A stretch of 55,234 nt of DNA from Eubacteriales bacterium (lineage in GTDB: Bacteria > Bacillota > Clostridia > Oscillospirales > CAG-272): assembly GCA_045606685.1 (NCBI GenBank), contig JAZUSJ010000140.1, positions 1 to 55,234 on the forward strand. The letters run 5' to 3'. Under the pieces are notes generated by a model. It was not told the origin of the DNA and did not search any database. It worked only from the letters and a program-made list of their open reading frames with translations. The stretch's first letter is position 1, and every line of letters starts with the position of its first letter. The translations under genes were made by a program, and so were the position numbers. Positions 42,136 through 51,726 of this stretch are shown here, piece by piece.

Positions 42136-42799
42136 CACAATTCCGCAGGACTTTGATGGAATTATCAATATTATTGGCAAAACTACGATCGACGTAACCC
42201 CACGTAAATCTGCGCGGATAGTTCTGGGCTGCAATTCCAGCGCCGTGCTGCGGGGCAATTCCAGCGCCGTGCTGTGGGACAATTCCCGCGCCGAGTTGTG
42301 GGGCAATTCTAAGGCACCAGACAGAACGAAAACGCACGAAATCAAAATTAACGGAAACGCGAGGATTGTTTATGACCCGCGGAACATCGACGAATACCTG
42401 TCTTTCAACGGGCTTCCGTCCGATGGCGAAACCTGTCTGCTTTACAAGGCGGTGCATAAAACGGAAGACGGGATTTACAAATCCGATCATGATAATCGTT
42501 TTATATACCGTATCGGAGAGGTTGCGGTTGCCGACGGACTTACGACTGAAGCATCCGTTGATTGCGGCGAAGGAATCCATATGTCTTATCCGGCATGGGC
42601 GGTAAATTACGGGAAAGATTGGGATGATCTGGCGATTTTGGAGTTGCAGGTAAAAAAATCAGAAGTGATCGTCCCCGAAAACGGATGCGGAAAAGTGCCT
42701 GTAAAGAGCGCAAAAGTAATCCGCGAAGTGCCGTTGGAGGAATGTGGGCTTTTGGGCGAGATGGTTGCAAAACGAAATAAAAAGGAGAGCGAAAAATGA
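42098..42799 (+). CDS. Hypothetical protein with an internal 8-aa (24-bp) tandem repeat
   Basis: GCNSSAVLRGNSSAVLWDNSRAELWGNSKA, encoded at ~42226-42312. Confidence 0.55.
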   Translation: MKEIVVKTQAEFDTIPQDFDGIINIIGKTTIDVTPRKSARIVLGCNSSAVLRGNSSAVLWDNSRAELWGNSKAPDRTKTHEIKINGNARIVYDPRNIDEYLSFNGLPSDGETCLLYKAVHKTEDGIYKSDHDNRFIYRIGEVAVADGLTTEASVDCGEGIHMSYPAWAVNYGKDWDDLAILELQVKKSEVIVPENGCGKVPVKSAKVIREVPLEECGLLGEMVAKRNKKESEK

Positions 42800-43728
42800 A
42801 GCAGAACAATTCCCTTGTGCAAGCAGGAAATCAGAAAATCACATTTTCGAGTTTTATCAACAGCCAGAGTGTGCGAGGCATGATCGAAAAGAGCGTAAAA
42901 GACCCGCAGACCGCAGCCTCGCTTGTTTCCACCCTTATCTCTGTCGTCAGCTCCAACGAAAAGCTGAAGCAGTGCGACGGGAACAGCATTATTGCGGCGG
43001 CGCTTCGTGGAGAGGTTGGCATGGGGTTATCCCTTGCGTTGGGGCAGTATGCCATCGTCCCTTATGGTGACAAGGCAAGTTTCCAGATTCAGGAACGCGG
43101 TCTGCGGCAGCTTGCCATCCGTTCCGGCAAGTATGACGACCTTGACGTGATCGACGTGAGAGAGGGAGAATACGCAGGGCCGGACAAGCGCACAAGAAAA
43201 CCCACATTCAACTGGATCGAGGATGAGAACGAGCGGGAGAAGCGTCCGATCATCGGATATTACGCCTACTATGTTCTGAACGCAGCGAACAATCATTTTT
43301 TTAGTTGCACCTACTGGACGCATGATAAGATTCTCCGTCATGCAGATCGCTACTCTAAGGCTTTTTCGCTGGACAAGTACAACGATTTGCTTGCTGGGAA
43401 ATTGAGCAAGAGCGACGCGGAATATCTGAGAAGCGGGTCTCCGTGGTACGATCTTCCCGACAGCGTTCCCCACCAGAAGATGTGCAAAAAAACCGTAATG
43501 AAGCAGCTTCTTTCTGACGGATCGGCGCCCATGCAGGTGCGGGACATGATCTTTGCGGACAATCTGGAGGAACGGACGGAAGAGCCTGTGATCTATGCTG
43601 ACGATCCAGCTCCCGTGCAGCCGGTGGAGCGTGAACGGGCCGATGTGGAAGCGCCTGTCGAAAAACCGGCAAAACAAAGGGCAGCAAAAAAGGAAAGTGA
43701 AGACGCGCAGGAAGATTTTTTCAACTGA
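42796..43728 (+). CDS. recT: RecT-family single-strand annealing protein
   Basis: NSIIAAALRGEVGMGLSLALGQYAIVPYGDKASFQIQERGLRQLAIRSGKY. Confidence 0.85.
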   Translation: MKQNNSLVQAGNQKITFSSFINSQSVRGMIEKSVKDPQTAASLVSTLISVVSSNEKLKQCDGNSIIAAALRGEVGMGLSLALGQYAIVPYGDKASFQIQERGLRQLAIRSGKYDDLDVIDVREGEYAGPDKRTRKPTFNWIEDENEREKRPIIGYYAYYVLNAANNHFFSCTYWTHDKILRHADRYSKAFSLDKYNDLLAGKLSKSDAEYLRSGSPWYDLPDSVPHQKMCKKTVMKQLLSDGSAPMQVRDMIFADNLEERTEEPVIYADDPAPVQPVERERADVEAPVEKPAKQRAAKKESEDAQEDFFN

Positions 43729-43745
43729 TCGAGGGGTGACGCACT

Positions 43746-44192
43746 ATGCCGGTTATTGCGGGAGCAAAACGAGAAAACGAGGACAAGTCTGTTGAACGGG
43801 ATTTGATCGCGTGGGGCAAGGTGACGCGGGATGCAAAGCAGACGTTCACGCAGAAAAAGGGTTTGCCGAAAGTGACCTTCTGCATTGCTTACGCACGGAA
43901 AGAGTTCATGAACTGCATTTGCATTGGAGATACTTCCGTTGCGCGATATGCGAACGGTCTGGAGGCAGGGGACTATGTGTTTGTCGCAGGAACATGGAAA
44001 AAGCGGCAGTACACCACGTCGGACGGCGAAATCAAGGATTGGAGCGAGCTGAACTGTGACATTGTTTTGCTTCAGCCGGAAACGCCGTTTAACTCTGCGC
44101 CGGTGGATGACACGCCTGACGCCTTTGAAAGTGCGGAAGAGGCGGCGGAACAGCCGCAGGAAAACGAAGAAGATTTTGAGGTGACAATCTGA
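43746..44192 (+). CDS. OB-fold, SSB-like protein
   Basis: Position directly upstream of ssb; GDYVFVAGTWKKRQYTTSDGEIKDWSEL resembles an SSB OB fold. Confidence 0.45.
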   Translation: MPVIAGAKRENEDKSVERDLIAWGKVTRDAKQTFTQKKGLPKVTFCIAYARKEFMNCICIGDTSVARYANGLEAGDYVFVAGTWKKRQYTTSDGEIKDWSELNCDIVLLQPETPFNSAPVDDTPDAFESAEEAAEQPQENEEDFEVTI

Positions 44193-44603
44193 ATGAACGT
44201 AATTGCAATCAGCGGAAACATCACGGACACGCCGGAACTGAGGAAGACACAGAGCGGAACGTCTGTCACGGACTTCCGGATCGCCGTAAAACGGGACGAA
44301 AACCCGGAAATTGCGGACTTTTTCACGGTAGTTGCATGGGGCGGGCAGGCCGAGGCTGTTTCCCGGTTTGTGCAGAAGGGGGAAAAAGTGATCGTCAAGG
44401 GCAAACTGCGGACGCGCTCTTATACCGACAAGAACGGGAACAAGCGTGTGACGAGTGAGATCGTGGCGGACGCCGTTGAGTTTACAAGGAGCATGGCGCA
44501 GGAATCGGAAAAGCGGCGGTCTGCGGAACGGGTGGAAGTGCCGCAGCAGCAGGATTTTTCCAATTTTGAGCTGGACGAAAACGAAGAAGACCTTCCGTTT
44601 TGA
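44193..44603 (+). CDS. ssb: Single-stranded DNA-binding protein
   Basis: MNVIAISGNITDTPELRKTQSGTSVTDFRIAV...GKLRTRSYTDKNGNKRVTSEIVAD and an acidic tail ending DEDLPF. Confidence 0.9.
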   Translation: MNVIAISGNITDTPELRKTQSGTSVTDFRIAVKRDENPEIADFFTVVAWGGQAEAVSRFVQKGEKVIVKGKLRTRSYTDKNGNKRVTSEIVADAVEFTRSMAQESEKRRSAERVEVPQQQDFSNFELDENEEDLPF

Positions 44604-44621
44604 CGGGAAAGGGCGTGGAAC

Positions 44622-44816
44622 ATGGTAAAATATCCATGCAAAGACTGTGACCATCGGCATGAGCCTGTTTATGACTGTTACAAAAGCTGTCAGGAATACC
44701 AAAAGGCGCTAAAAAAGTCGAGGGAAATCAGAAAAAAGAGGGATGCCGAAAGGCGATTCAACGACTATTTTTTTGCCGGAGGTCGGACAGAGAAAATGCC
44801 GAAGCGGACGCCATGA
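44622..44816 (+). CDS. Small Cys-rich basic protein (64 aa)
   Basis: CKDCDHRHEPVYDCYKSC. Confidence 0.45.
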   Translation: MVKYPCKDCDHRHEPVYDCYKSCQEYQKALKKSREIRKKRDAERRFNDYFFAGGRTEKMPKRTP

Positions 44817-45025
44817 AAGTGATGTGCAAAAACGGACACCTGGTAGGAATCAGACACGGGAACACGGTCACGATCAAGAAATCCGGGCGTGTTGTGCAGG
44901 TTGAAATCGACGGTGGAACGACTGTTGAAATCACTTGCGAGAGGTGCGGAGGGAAAATACTTTTGGAAAATTGTTGCAAAAGTATTGACTTTTGCCAAAA
45001 ATCTGATATATTATCAGGCGAATAA
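44813..45025 (+). CDS. Small zinc-ribbon-like protein (70 aa)
   Basis: ATGA overlap with the upstream gene; CKNGH...CERCG. Confidence 0.45.
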   Translation: MKVMCKNGHLVGIRHGNTVTIKKSGRVVQVEIDGGTTVEITCERCGGKILLENCCKSIDFCQKSDILSGE

Positions 45026-45041
45026 AAGCAAACATATGTTC

Positions 45042-45091
45042 TGCGCTCACCGCGCAACCTTAACTGGTACGTGGTGGGCGCATTTTTATTT
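45042..45091 (+). terminator. Rho-independent terminator between the early/recombination and packaging modules
   Basis: TGCGCTCACC/GGTGGGCGCA 10-bp stem (one G-U pair), 21-nt loop, TTTTTATTT. Confidence 0.75.
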
Positions 45092-45109
45092 ACCTTGGAG
45101 GGGCAAGGC

Positions 45110-46042
45110 ATGAAATCCGACAAAGACTTGGTATGGCGCTTCAAGAAAATTGAAAAGGCGCTGGGGGCGTCTGCGGCTTATTTTTACACTTGCATCATCG
45201 GAGACATCCCGTATGTAGAGGCCGCGCTGCCGGAAGAGGGAGAGCCGGACGGGTGGAACGCCTATATCGCAAATCTTTCCAGATTCATGGATTGGGAAGC
45301 GGAAAAGAAAGGCTTTCTGGACGGGACGACCGACATCTCATCTGTGTTGAAGAACTCTACGGATCAGATGGAAAAGTGGCTAAACACATGGGGCGAAGGC
45401 TTGTCTGTTCAGGACTATCAGCGGCTTGACAGTTTGTTTGACACTTATGCGGCGCGTCTTCAGCGGGCGGGAGGCATGGACGCACAGCAGGAAGACACAC
45501 TGAGAGTGTGTTCCCGCATGAGGTTTGAAGCAGACAAGGCGCTGTCTGCCGGTGGGAAAGACAACATCGACATTGCCGCGAAACTGAACAAAATGATTCA
45601 GGACAATCTTTCTGCCGAAAATCTCCGCAAAAAAGACGAAAAGCCGGTAGAGGATCTTCGGATTGACACGATCGTGGACAAGCTGGAAAAGGCCGGGTTT
45701 CTGCGGAAGGGGAAAATCCTTTCGCTGCCGGAGCTTCAAAAGCAGCTTTTGATCCGTCTTGGTGCGCTTGGCGGGAATCCGTCGCACAAATACCCGTATA
45801 CGCTGGATGCCGCAGACCAGATGATCCGCATTATCATCAACACCATGCGGGCAAACGACGGTATGCCGGAGATGACCGAGTTTACAGACAACACGCGGCT
45901 TGACGAGAACGTTGCGCCGGAGTTTGCGGAATCCCCTAACGAAGACGAGCTGAAAGCATACGAAACGTTGGAGTTTGAGCGTCAGCCCCGCCCGCCGAAA
46001 GAGGAAAGGCGGAAATATTATGGCAAAAAACAGGGCGTTTGA
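45110..46042 (+). CDS. Small terminase subunit candidate (assigned by position only)
   Basis: TTGGAGGGGCAAGGC-ATG; lies immediately upstream of the large terminase gene and overlaps it. Confidence 0.35.
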   Translation: MKSDKDLVWRFKKIEKALGASAAYFYTCIIGDIPYVEAALPEEGEPDGWNAYIANLSRFMDWEAEKKGFLDGTTDISSVLKNSTDQMEKWLNTWGEGLSVQDYQRLDSLFDTYAARLQRAGGMDAQQEDTLRVCSRMRFEADKALSAGGKDNIDIAAKLNKMIQDNLSAENLRKKDEKPVEDLRIDTIVDKLEKAGFLRKGKILSLPELQKQLLIRLGALGGNPSHKYPYTLDAADQMIRIIINTMRANDGMPEMTEFTDNTRLDENVAPEFAESPNEDELKAYETLEFERQPRPPKEERRKYYGKKQGV

Positions 46043-47888
46043 AACGCGCCGGAACAAGACCTACACAAAAGTTGCGAACGTAGGGTGGGTACAGGACGAC
46101 GGGACGCAAAAGCGGGATTATGACGAATACTGCAACGACAGTTGGGCATTTTTGATCTCTTTTTTCCGCTGGTACCCAGATGCACTATTGGACGTCATGC
46201 GTGACGACGGCGCGAATTACAAAAACGAAGAGCTGATTCAGAGAGTGATGGTACGAGCTTTTGCGCGGTATCAGTACGTGGACATAACGGGCTGCCGCTC
46301 ACTGACAAAGACCAACACGATCTTCAAATACAAGCTGACGAACGGCATTTTGTGGCCGGGGACAAAGACATCGTATTACGGGCCGAGCCTTCGTCAGCAG
46401 GCGAAACTTGCAAAGAGCGCCTATAAGGAGATGCAGGACGCATATCCGGCGCTGACAAAGCATTACAACGTTGACAGCATGGCAAAAGAGGACTTCGGCA
46501 TTTCCACGCCTTACCGCTCCATGCTGACCGTAAACGGCACCCGAGGCGACAACATCCACAGCGTGATCGCGGAAGAGTACGCGCAGGAAGAGGCCCCGGC
46601 GTTTGACTTTGAAGAGTATTCCACCGTCATTCTGTTTGCCGTGCGAATGGTACACATGGTGCAGGGCGAACGAGACAGGACATATATCCCCTATCAGCAG
46701 CACAGCATCACGTCGGCGGGACGAAAGCAGAATCACTCATATGAGACCAGATGCGCACATCTCCGCGCCATGCAGCGAGGACAAAGCGCCTTTGTCATGG
46801 ACGTTCCGTGGCAAGTGGTTGTTTTGTCGCAGATGCGGCCTTTGGAGTGGGTGGAGCAGCGAAAGCAGGAAAGCACCCCGGACAAGTGGATGCGCGAGAT
46901 GGAAAGCCGGTACACAGGCACAGACCAAAACCCGATCGTGCGGGATGAAGTGCTGACGGAAAGCCGGAAACTCATGCTGATGGAGGAACACCACTGCTGC
47001 AAGGACAGGGACAACAAACTTGCCGCGCAGGACGTGATTTACATTGTCGGCTATGACGTTTCGTATGAGGACGACAAAAAGAACGCGAAATGCGCTTGTG
47101 TCGTGGTGAAATGCACGAAACAGAAAGAATGGCTGAAGCGCGACAAATACCTGAAAGAAGTTGTTTGGGTGGACGATTGGCCTCCCAACGGCGGATTCAT
47201 GGAGCAGGCAAAGCGGCTGAAGCGCGTGTGGTATCGCTTTTGCTGTGAGGGGTCGCAGACATACATTGCGATCGACAGTTGGCAATACGGAAAGGGCGTA
47301 CTTCAGGCGTTGATGATGGACTTGGGCGACGGGCTGGCTCCGCTGTGCATTTACAATCACGCAAGCGACACGGAATACGAGCTGGAAAACGCGCTGCCGG
47401 TGATTTACCCGATCAAGGCTGGCGGCCCTGGCGTGACAGACCCGGACAGCGAGATCATCCGAAACGCCGAGATCCAGTTTGAAAACCGAAACGTGGTACT
47501 GCTGACCTCCAACGGCAACGCTGGCGTAGAGGCATACAAGAAGTACCACAGGATCAAAGACGACAACCTTGACTATCAGATTTACGCGCCGTATCGAAAG
47601 ACGCGGGAACTGGTAGGACAGATACAAAACCTGAAGAAAGTGCTTTCCGGTGCGACGGTATCAGAGCGGCGCATCTCCAAAAGCATCCAGCGAGACAGTT
47701 GGTCGGCGCTGAAATATGCCTTGCGGTTTGCACAGCACCTTGAACGACAAAATCTGCAAAAGGCAGAGCGAAAGAGCGATTGGTGGGAAGTGCTGGAAAA
47801 GTACAAGGGACAGCCGCTGATTCGTGATTCAGAAATGCCATCGAACACAAGGCTTCCGATGGGACGGCGGGGAGGAAGAATCATATGA
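46020..47888 (+). CDS. terL: Terminase large subunit
   Basis: Walker A-like ITGCRSLTKT; C-terminal nuclease-like segment VIYIVGYDVSYEDD; position upstream of the portal gene. Confidence 0.7.
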   Translation: MAKNRAFETRRNKTYTKVANVGWVQDDGTQKRDYDEYCNDSWAFLISFFRWYPDALLDVMRDDGANYKNEELIQRVMVRAFARYQYVDITGCRSLTKTNTIFKYKLTNGILWPGTKTSYYGPSLRQQAKLAKSAYKEMQDAYPALTKHYNVDSMAKEDFGISTPYRSMLTVNGTRGDNIHSVIAEEYAQEEAPAFDFEEYSTVILFAVRMVHMVQGERDRTYIPYQQHSITSAGRKQNHSYETRCAHLRAMQRGQSAFVMDVPWQVVVLSQMRPLEWVEQRKQESTPDKWMREMESRYTGTDQNPIVRDEVLTESRKLMLMEEHHCCKDRDNKLAAQDVIYIVGYDVSYEDDKKNAKCACVVVKCTKQKEWLKRDKYLKEVVWVDDWPPNGGFMEQAKRLKRVWYRFCCEGSQTYIAIDSWQYGKGVLQALMMDLGDGLAPLCIYNHASDTEYELENALPVIYPIKAGGPGVTDPDSEIIRNAEIQFENRNVVLLTSNGNAGVEAYKKYHRIKDDNLDYQIYAPYRKTRELVGQIQNLKKVLSGATVSERRISKSIQRDSWSALKYALRFAQHLERQNLQKAERKSDWWEVLEKYKGQPLIRDSEMPSNTRLPMGRRGGRII

Positions 47889-48226
47889 GCGAAAAGCAAA
47901 AGGTAAAATATCGCCTGTTTGCGCTCCCCGTGAGCGAGGAAAGCATGGCGGAGGCAGAAAAGAAGCGGTTTTCCCGCATTACGGCGAAATACGTGTTGAT
48001 CTACTGCGATTCCGAAACGGAAAACGCCATGCAGATTGACAGAGACAATTTTTCCGCGCTGACTGAGGCGGACAAAAAGTGGCTTTATGAGTGCAACGTG
48101 CTTCTTTTGGCGGAAGACGCTCTGCGGCATCAAGAGCAGGCGGCAAAATCGCTGAACGACATGGTGATTGCGCTGGAAGCTGCGCTGGAATCGGAAAAGC
48201 GGAAGGGGGAGAGTGCGAATGAATGA
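47885..48226 (+). CDS. Hypothetical protein (113 aa)
   Basis: ATGA overlap with the terminase stop. Confidence 0.5.
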   Translation: MSEKQKVKYRLFALPVSEESMAEAEKKRFSRITAKYVLIYCDSETENAMQIDRDNFSALTEADKKWLYECNVLLLAEDALRHQEQAAKSLNDMVIALEAALESEKRKGESANE

Positions 48227-49976
48227 ACTGACAAAAGAACTGCGCGATTTGCAGTACGCCACCTTCCCGGAGATTTTCGGCAAGTTCCGCGAGCTTTCCG
48301 AAAAGTACGGCAATATGCCGTTTGAGAGCATGATTTCGGCCTTTGCCACCGCAACGGGCGACAAATACTCCATCAATGACCCTGCGCTGCAAAACCGCCG
48401 CGTGAAAGGCATATCGTCTACGCCTGCGAACTACACAAAAGACGACGTTGCCAAAATGGTGCAGAATCCCGAAGGAAGCGAAATGCCGCTCAGACAAGTG
48501 GAACACGCGCTGGAATACAGCGCCTATCCAATGTTTCACATCCGCAAGGTTTATCAAGACCTGCTGACCTATCACAACTATGTTGCGCCGCAGTTTTTGG
48601 ATAAAGACGAGGCAAAAAGGGACGCATTTTGGCGGGAATGGAAGCTGGCGGAAAAGCTGCGGGAAGCCTTTGACCTGAAGCAAAACGCCCACATGATCGT
48701 GGGACAGGCGATTCAGGAAGGGAAGGTCTTTTACACGCCGAGATACCGTGTGGACAAGACCCACAACAAAGTGGAACACGCTTTTATGCAGCAGCTTCCG
48801 TCCGATTGGGTCAAGATCGTCGGCTTTAACAATGTGAGCAAATACACGATTGCTTTCAACATGATGTATTTTGCGGAGCCTGGGACGGACGTGCGGCAAT
48901 TTGGCGATTTGTTTTTGCCGTATGTGTTTGAGTTTGCAGACATCACGGGCGGAGAAGCGCCGTCCGGCCTTGGGAAAACCGTTGTGTTCGGGTCGAAGGT
49001 CAACATGGCGGCCTACAATGCGCGGCGGGAAAGCGGCGGACTGCGCAACGTAGAAGCCTATTACCAGAACGGAAGATGGTTTTACTGGGTCACGCTGCCC
49101 GTGGACAGGGTATTCACCTTTGAAGTGGACGATGTAAGCCGGACGGTGGTAAGCCCGTTTACGGGGCTGTTTATCGACCTGATCCAGCTTGCACAGATGG
49201 AAAGCCTGCAACTGGAGCTGTTGCAGAATCCCTTGGTTTCGATCCTTACGGGACAAATCCCGTATCGAGAGGACAGGGACGCGACGACCTCTGACCCATA
49301 CAAACTTTCCAACGCGGGCATGAATCTGTTCCGTGCGCTGTGGTATCAGATGCTGACGCAGAACAACACTTCTGGCATCGGACTTTACATGGCGCCGCTG
49401 GAAAACATGGAAATGCACCAACTGGCAGAGGCACCCAGCGCCATGGACATCGTACAGCAGGGATATTCCGACACCATGAGCAAGGCGGGACTTTCCGCTA
49501 TTTTGCCGGTTTCGGACGACCCGAGGGCTGGCGTGGCGCAAATCAGCCTTTCCATTGAGAGCCGATTTGCAGAGCAGATTTATCGGCAATTTGAGCGGAT
49601 GTTCCGCGTGATTATCTCAAAGCTGAATCTTGCCTATGATTTCCGGCTGAAGATGTTCGGGAGCCTTGCGACAGACAAGGACATGGAGGAAAAGGCGCAG
49701 AAGGGCATGACGCTGGGCATCCTGCCCGACACACTGGTTTTTGACGCCATGCACGACCGCTCCATTTTTGAAGACATTGCTGTTTCCGACGCCATTTTGG
49801 AAAGCAAGCTGATGGATCGGCGTCTGCCGCTTGTTTCCACGTACAGCGCCAAAAACGGAGACGGAAACCTCCCGCCGCAGATCAAGCACGACTTGAATCC
49901 CGGCGGAAGACCGGACAGCGGAGGACAGGCCACTTCTGACGGGCAGGAGGGCGATCTGGACAGTTATGGAGAGTAA
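48219..49976 (+). CDS. Portal protein candidate
   Basis: 585 aa; gene order terminase - portal - protease/scaffold - capsid. Confidence 0.6.
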   Translation: MNELTKELRDLQYATFPEIFGKFRELSEKYGNMPFESMISAFATATGDKYSINDPALQNRRVKGISSTPANYTKDDVAKMVQNPEGSEMPLRQVEHALEYSAYPMFHIRKVYQDLLTYHNYVAPQFLDKDEAKRDAFWREWKLAEKLREAFDLKQNAHMIVGQAIQEGKVFYTPRYRVDKTHNKVEHAFMQQLPSDWVKIVGFNNVSKYTIAFNMMYFAEPGTDVRQFGDLFLPYVFEFADITGGEAPSGLGKTVVFGSKVNMAAYNARRESGGLRNVEAYYQNGRWFYWVTLPVDRVFTFEVDDVSRTVVSPFTGLFIDLIQLAQMESLQLELLQNPLVSILTGQIPYREDRDATTSDPYKLSNAGMNLFRALWYQMLTQNNTSGIGLYMAPLENMEMHQLAEAPSAMDIVQQGYSDTMSKAGLSAILPVSDDPRAGVAQISLSIESRFAEQIYRQFERMFRVIISKLNLAYDFRLKMFGSLATDKDMEEKAQKGMTLGILPDTLVFDAMHDRSIFEDIAVSDAILESKLMDRRLPLVSTYSAKNGDGNLPPQIKHDLNPGGRPDSGGQATSDGQEGDLDSYGE

Positions 49977-50130
49977 AAAACAGAAGCCCTACATCACGGA
50001 AGAAGACATTGAAACGATCAATGACGCGCTGCGGAAGGGCTATGACGTGAGGATTCAGACGCGGAAGGGCGGATGCCGGATCGTGGCTGACAAAGTGTAC
50101 GTTTTGGCAAAAAAAGGCGGCGAGGAATGA
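49966..50130 (+). CDS. Small hypothetical protein (54 aa), not in the ORF track
   Basis: Own translation: MESKKQKPYITEEDIETINDALRKGYDVRIQTRKGGCRIVADKVYVLAKKGGEE. It overlaps the portal gene's 3' end by 11 nt. Confidence 0.45.
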   Translation: MESKKQKPYITEEDIETINDALRKGYDVRIQTRKGGCRIVADKVYVLAKKGGEE

Positions 50131-50157
50131 AATATCCCCCGGAAACGGGGGAAATGA

Positions 50158-50232
50158 CGCAGGGTAGAGCAGAGGCAGCTCGCCACGCTCCTTACGTGGA
50201 GGTCGCCAGTTCAATTCTGGCCCCTGCACCCA
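50158..50232 (+). tRNA. tRNA-like gene, anticodon CCU (Arg), with encoded CCA and atypical positions
   Basis: Manual cloverleaf: acceptor CGCAGGG/CCCTGCA (C1-A72 mismatch), D arm GAGC-AGAGGCA-GCTC, anticodon arm CCACG-CTCCTTA-CGTGG, variable loop AGGTC, T arm GCCAG-TTCAATT-CTGGC, then C-CCA. Confidence 0.6.
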
Positions 50233-50389
50233 TTGACACGACGGATAGACGCCGCAGAGACCGATTTAGAGCGGTCGGGCGCGTGTCCCAACGGACTACG
50301 GGAGCCGAAAATCACGCCCCGCGGGACAATTACAGCAGTTTGAGATAAACGGAGGTGGATTTGCAAGGAATACCATCGGAGAGCTTCGT

Positions 50390-51703
50390 GTGACACAGGC
50401 GCTTTCGGACTATGAGTTTGGCGTGGAGCTGTGGATCATGCGCGACGGTGTAAACCGGAACAAATGGGATTACCGAAATCTGGATAAATACTATCTTACG
50501 TTTGTCGGAACGCCGATTTTGTGCGCCTTTGTCGGGCGTCAGGTCGGAGACGGACACAACATGAGAGAGATGACCGACGAGAACGGCGAAACGTATTACA
50601 GTTTTACGGATGCGACGTCGGAGCGCATTGTCGGAACACTTTCTGAAAACAAAGATGACTTTTCCCTCATTGAGAGGGACGGCCATACATGGATCAGAGC
50701 GACGGGGCGGCTTTTCCGCTTTTACGCGCCGGAACTGGTGGATAAGATCATCCGTACAGGGCGGATGGAAGTATCTGCGGAAACGGACGTGCGGGAAGGC
50801 GAGACCAACGGGGACATTGAAATATTTACCGAGTGGTACGGACTGGGCGTGACGATTTTGGGAGATCACGTTTCGCCTGCCATCCCCGGAGCGAACATCC
50901 AGAGGCTTGCCGCAGCGCAGGAACAGCTTAAAGATATCAAACTGCAAGCGGCGGCGCTCAAAAACAACGAAACAAAGCCGCAAACTGAAAACAAAGGAGT
51001 GAGAAAGCCAATGAAAATGCTTTCCAAGAAGCAGACGGCGGAGCTGGCAAAGAAGTTTGACGGCTATCACGTTGTCGCCGCTGCTGAGAATGAAAGCACC
51101 ATCTATCTCTGCATGATGGATAAGTCCGGGATCACCTGCACTTATACCATGAGCGCCGGGGATAGTGAAGTGATCGAGAGCAGAATCCAGAAGGTCGCCG
51201 CCACCGCCCGTTTCGCTTTTGACGAAGCGGAGGAAATCTGTGTGGATGTTGCCGTATCTGATATGTGCGACATTTACGCATCCGAGGCAAACCGCCTGTC
51301 GGACGAACTGGAAGCCTGCCGCAACGAGGTCAAAGAGGCCAAAGATACCATTCGTACCATGCAGGAGACCGAAAGCGCCCGCCGCGTGAAGGCTGCGAAG
51401 AACGCCGCCGAAACCGCGCTGGAGGCTTTCAACAGCGTGAACGACGAGAATATCGGCAAAGACGCGATCCAGAGCGTTATGAGCGATATTGACAACGGCG
51501 TTTACGCAAACAGCATGGGCAAAGACAACCTGTGGAACGGCGAAGAGTGCGTTCGCAACGCCGTCCTCGCCCTGTGCGCTTCCGCTGTTATGGAGCGCAA
51601 AGCCAACGAAAAGAAGACCGTGTTTGCATGGGAGAAGTTTGGCACCAACAGCGCCAACGACGATTCCGTGGACGGGCTTCTGAGTAAGTGGGGCATCCGA
51701 TAA
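50390..51703 (+). CDS. Prohead protease/scaffold fusion candidate
   Basis: Position between portal and capsid. The N-terminal globular part has GDGHNM and GRMEVSAET, and the C-terminal half is a coiled coil. GTG start. Confidence 0.4.
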   Translation: MTQALSDYEFGVELWIMRDGVNRNKWDYRNLDKYYLTFVGTPILCAFVGRQVGDGHNMREMTDENGETYYSFTDATSERIVGTLSENKDDFSLIERDGHTWIRATGRLFRFYAPELVDKIIRTGRMEVSAETDVREGETNGDIEIFTEWYGLGVTILGDHVSPAIPGANIQRLAAAQEQLKDIKLQAAALKNNETKPQTENKGVRKPMKMLSKKQTAELAKKFDGYHVVAAAENESTIYLCMMDKSGITCTYTMSAGDSEVIESRIQKVAATARFAFDEAEEICVDVAVSDMCDIYASEANRLSDELEACRNEVKEAKDTIRTMQETESARRVKAAKNAAETALEAFNSVNDENIGKDAIQSVMSDIDNGVYANSMGKDNLWNGEECVRNAVLALCASAVMERKANEKKTVFAWEKFGTNSANDDSVDGLLSKWGIR

Positions 51704-51726
51704 ACAATAAAGGAGAGTGAAAGAAA

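Noticed and set aside
50233-50389. Second tRNA or known ncRNA downstream of the tRNA-like gene
   Set aside because: There is no T-loop (GTTCRANY) or cloverleaf. Only local hairpins are visible (GACCG...CGGTC, CCCGCGGG), which is not enough to call a feature.
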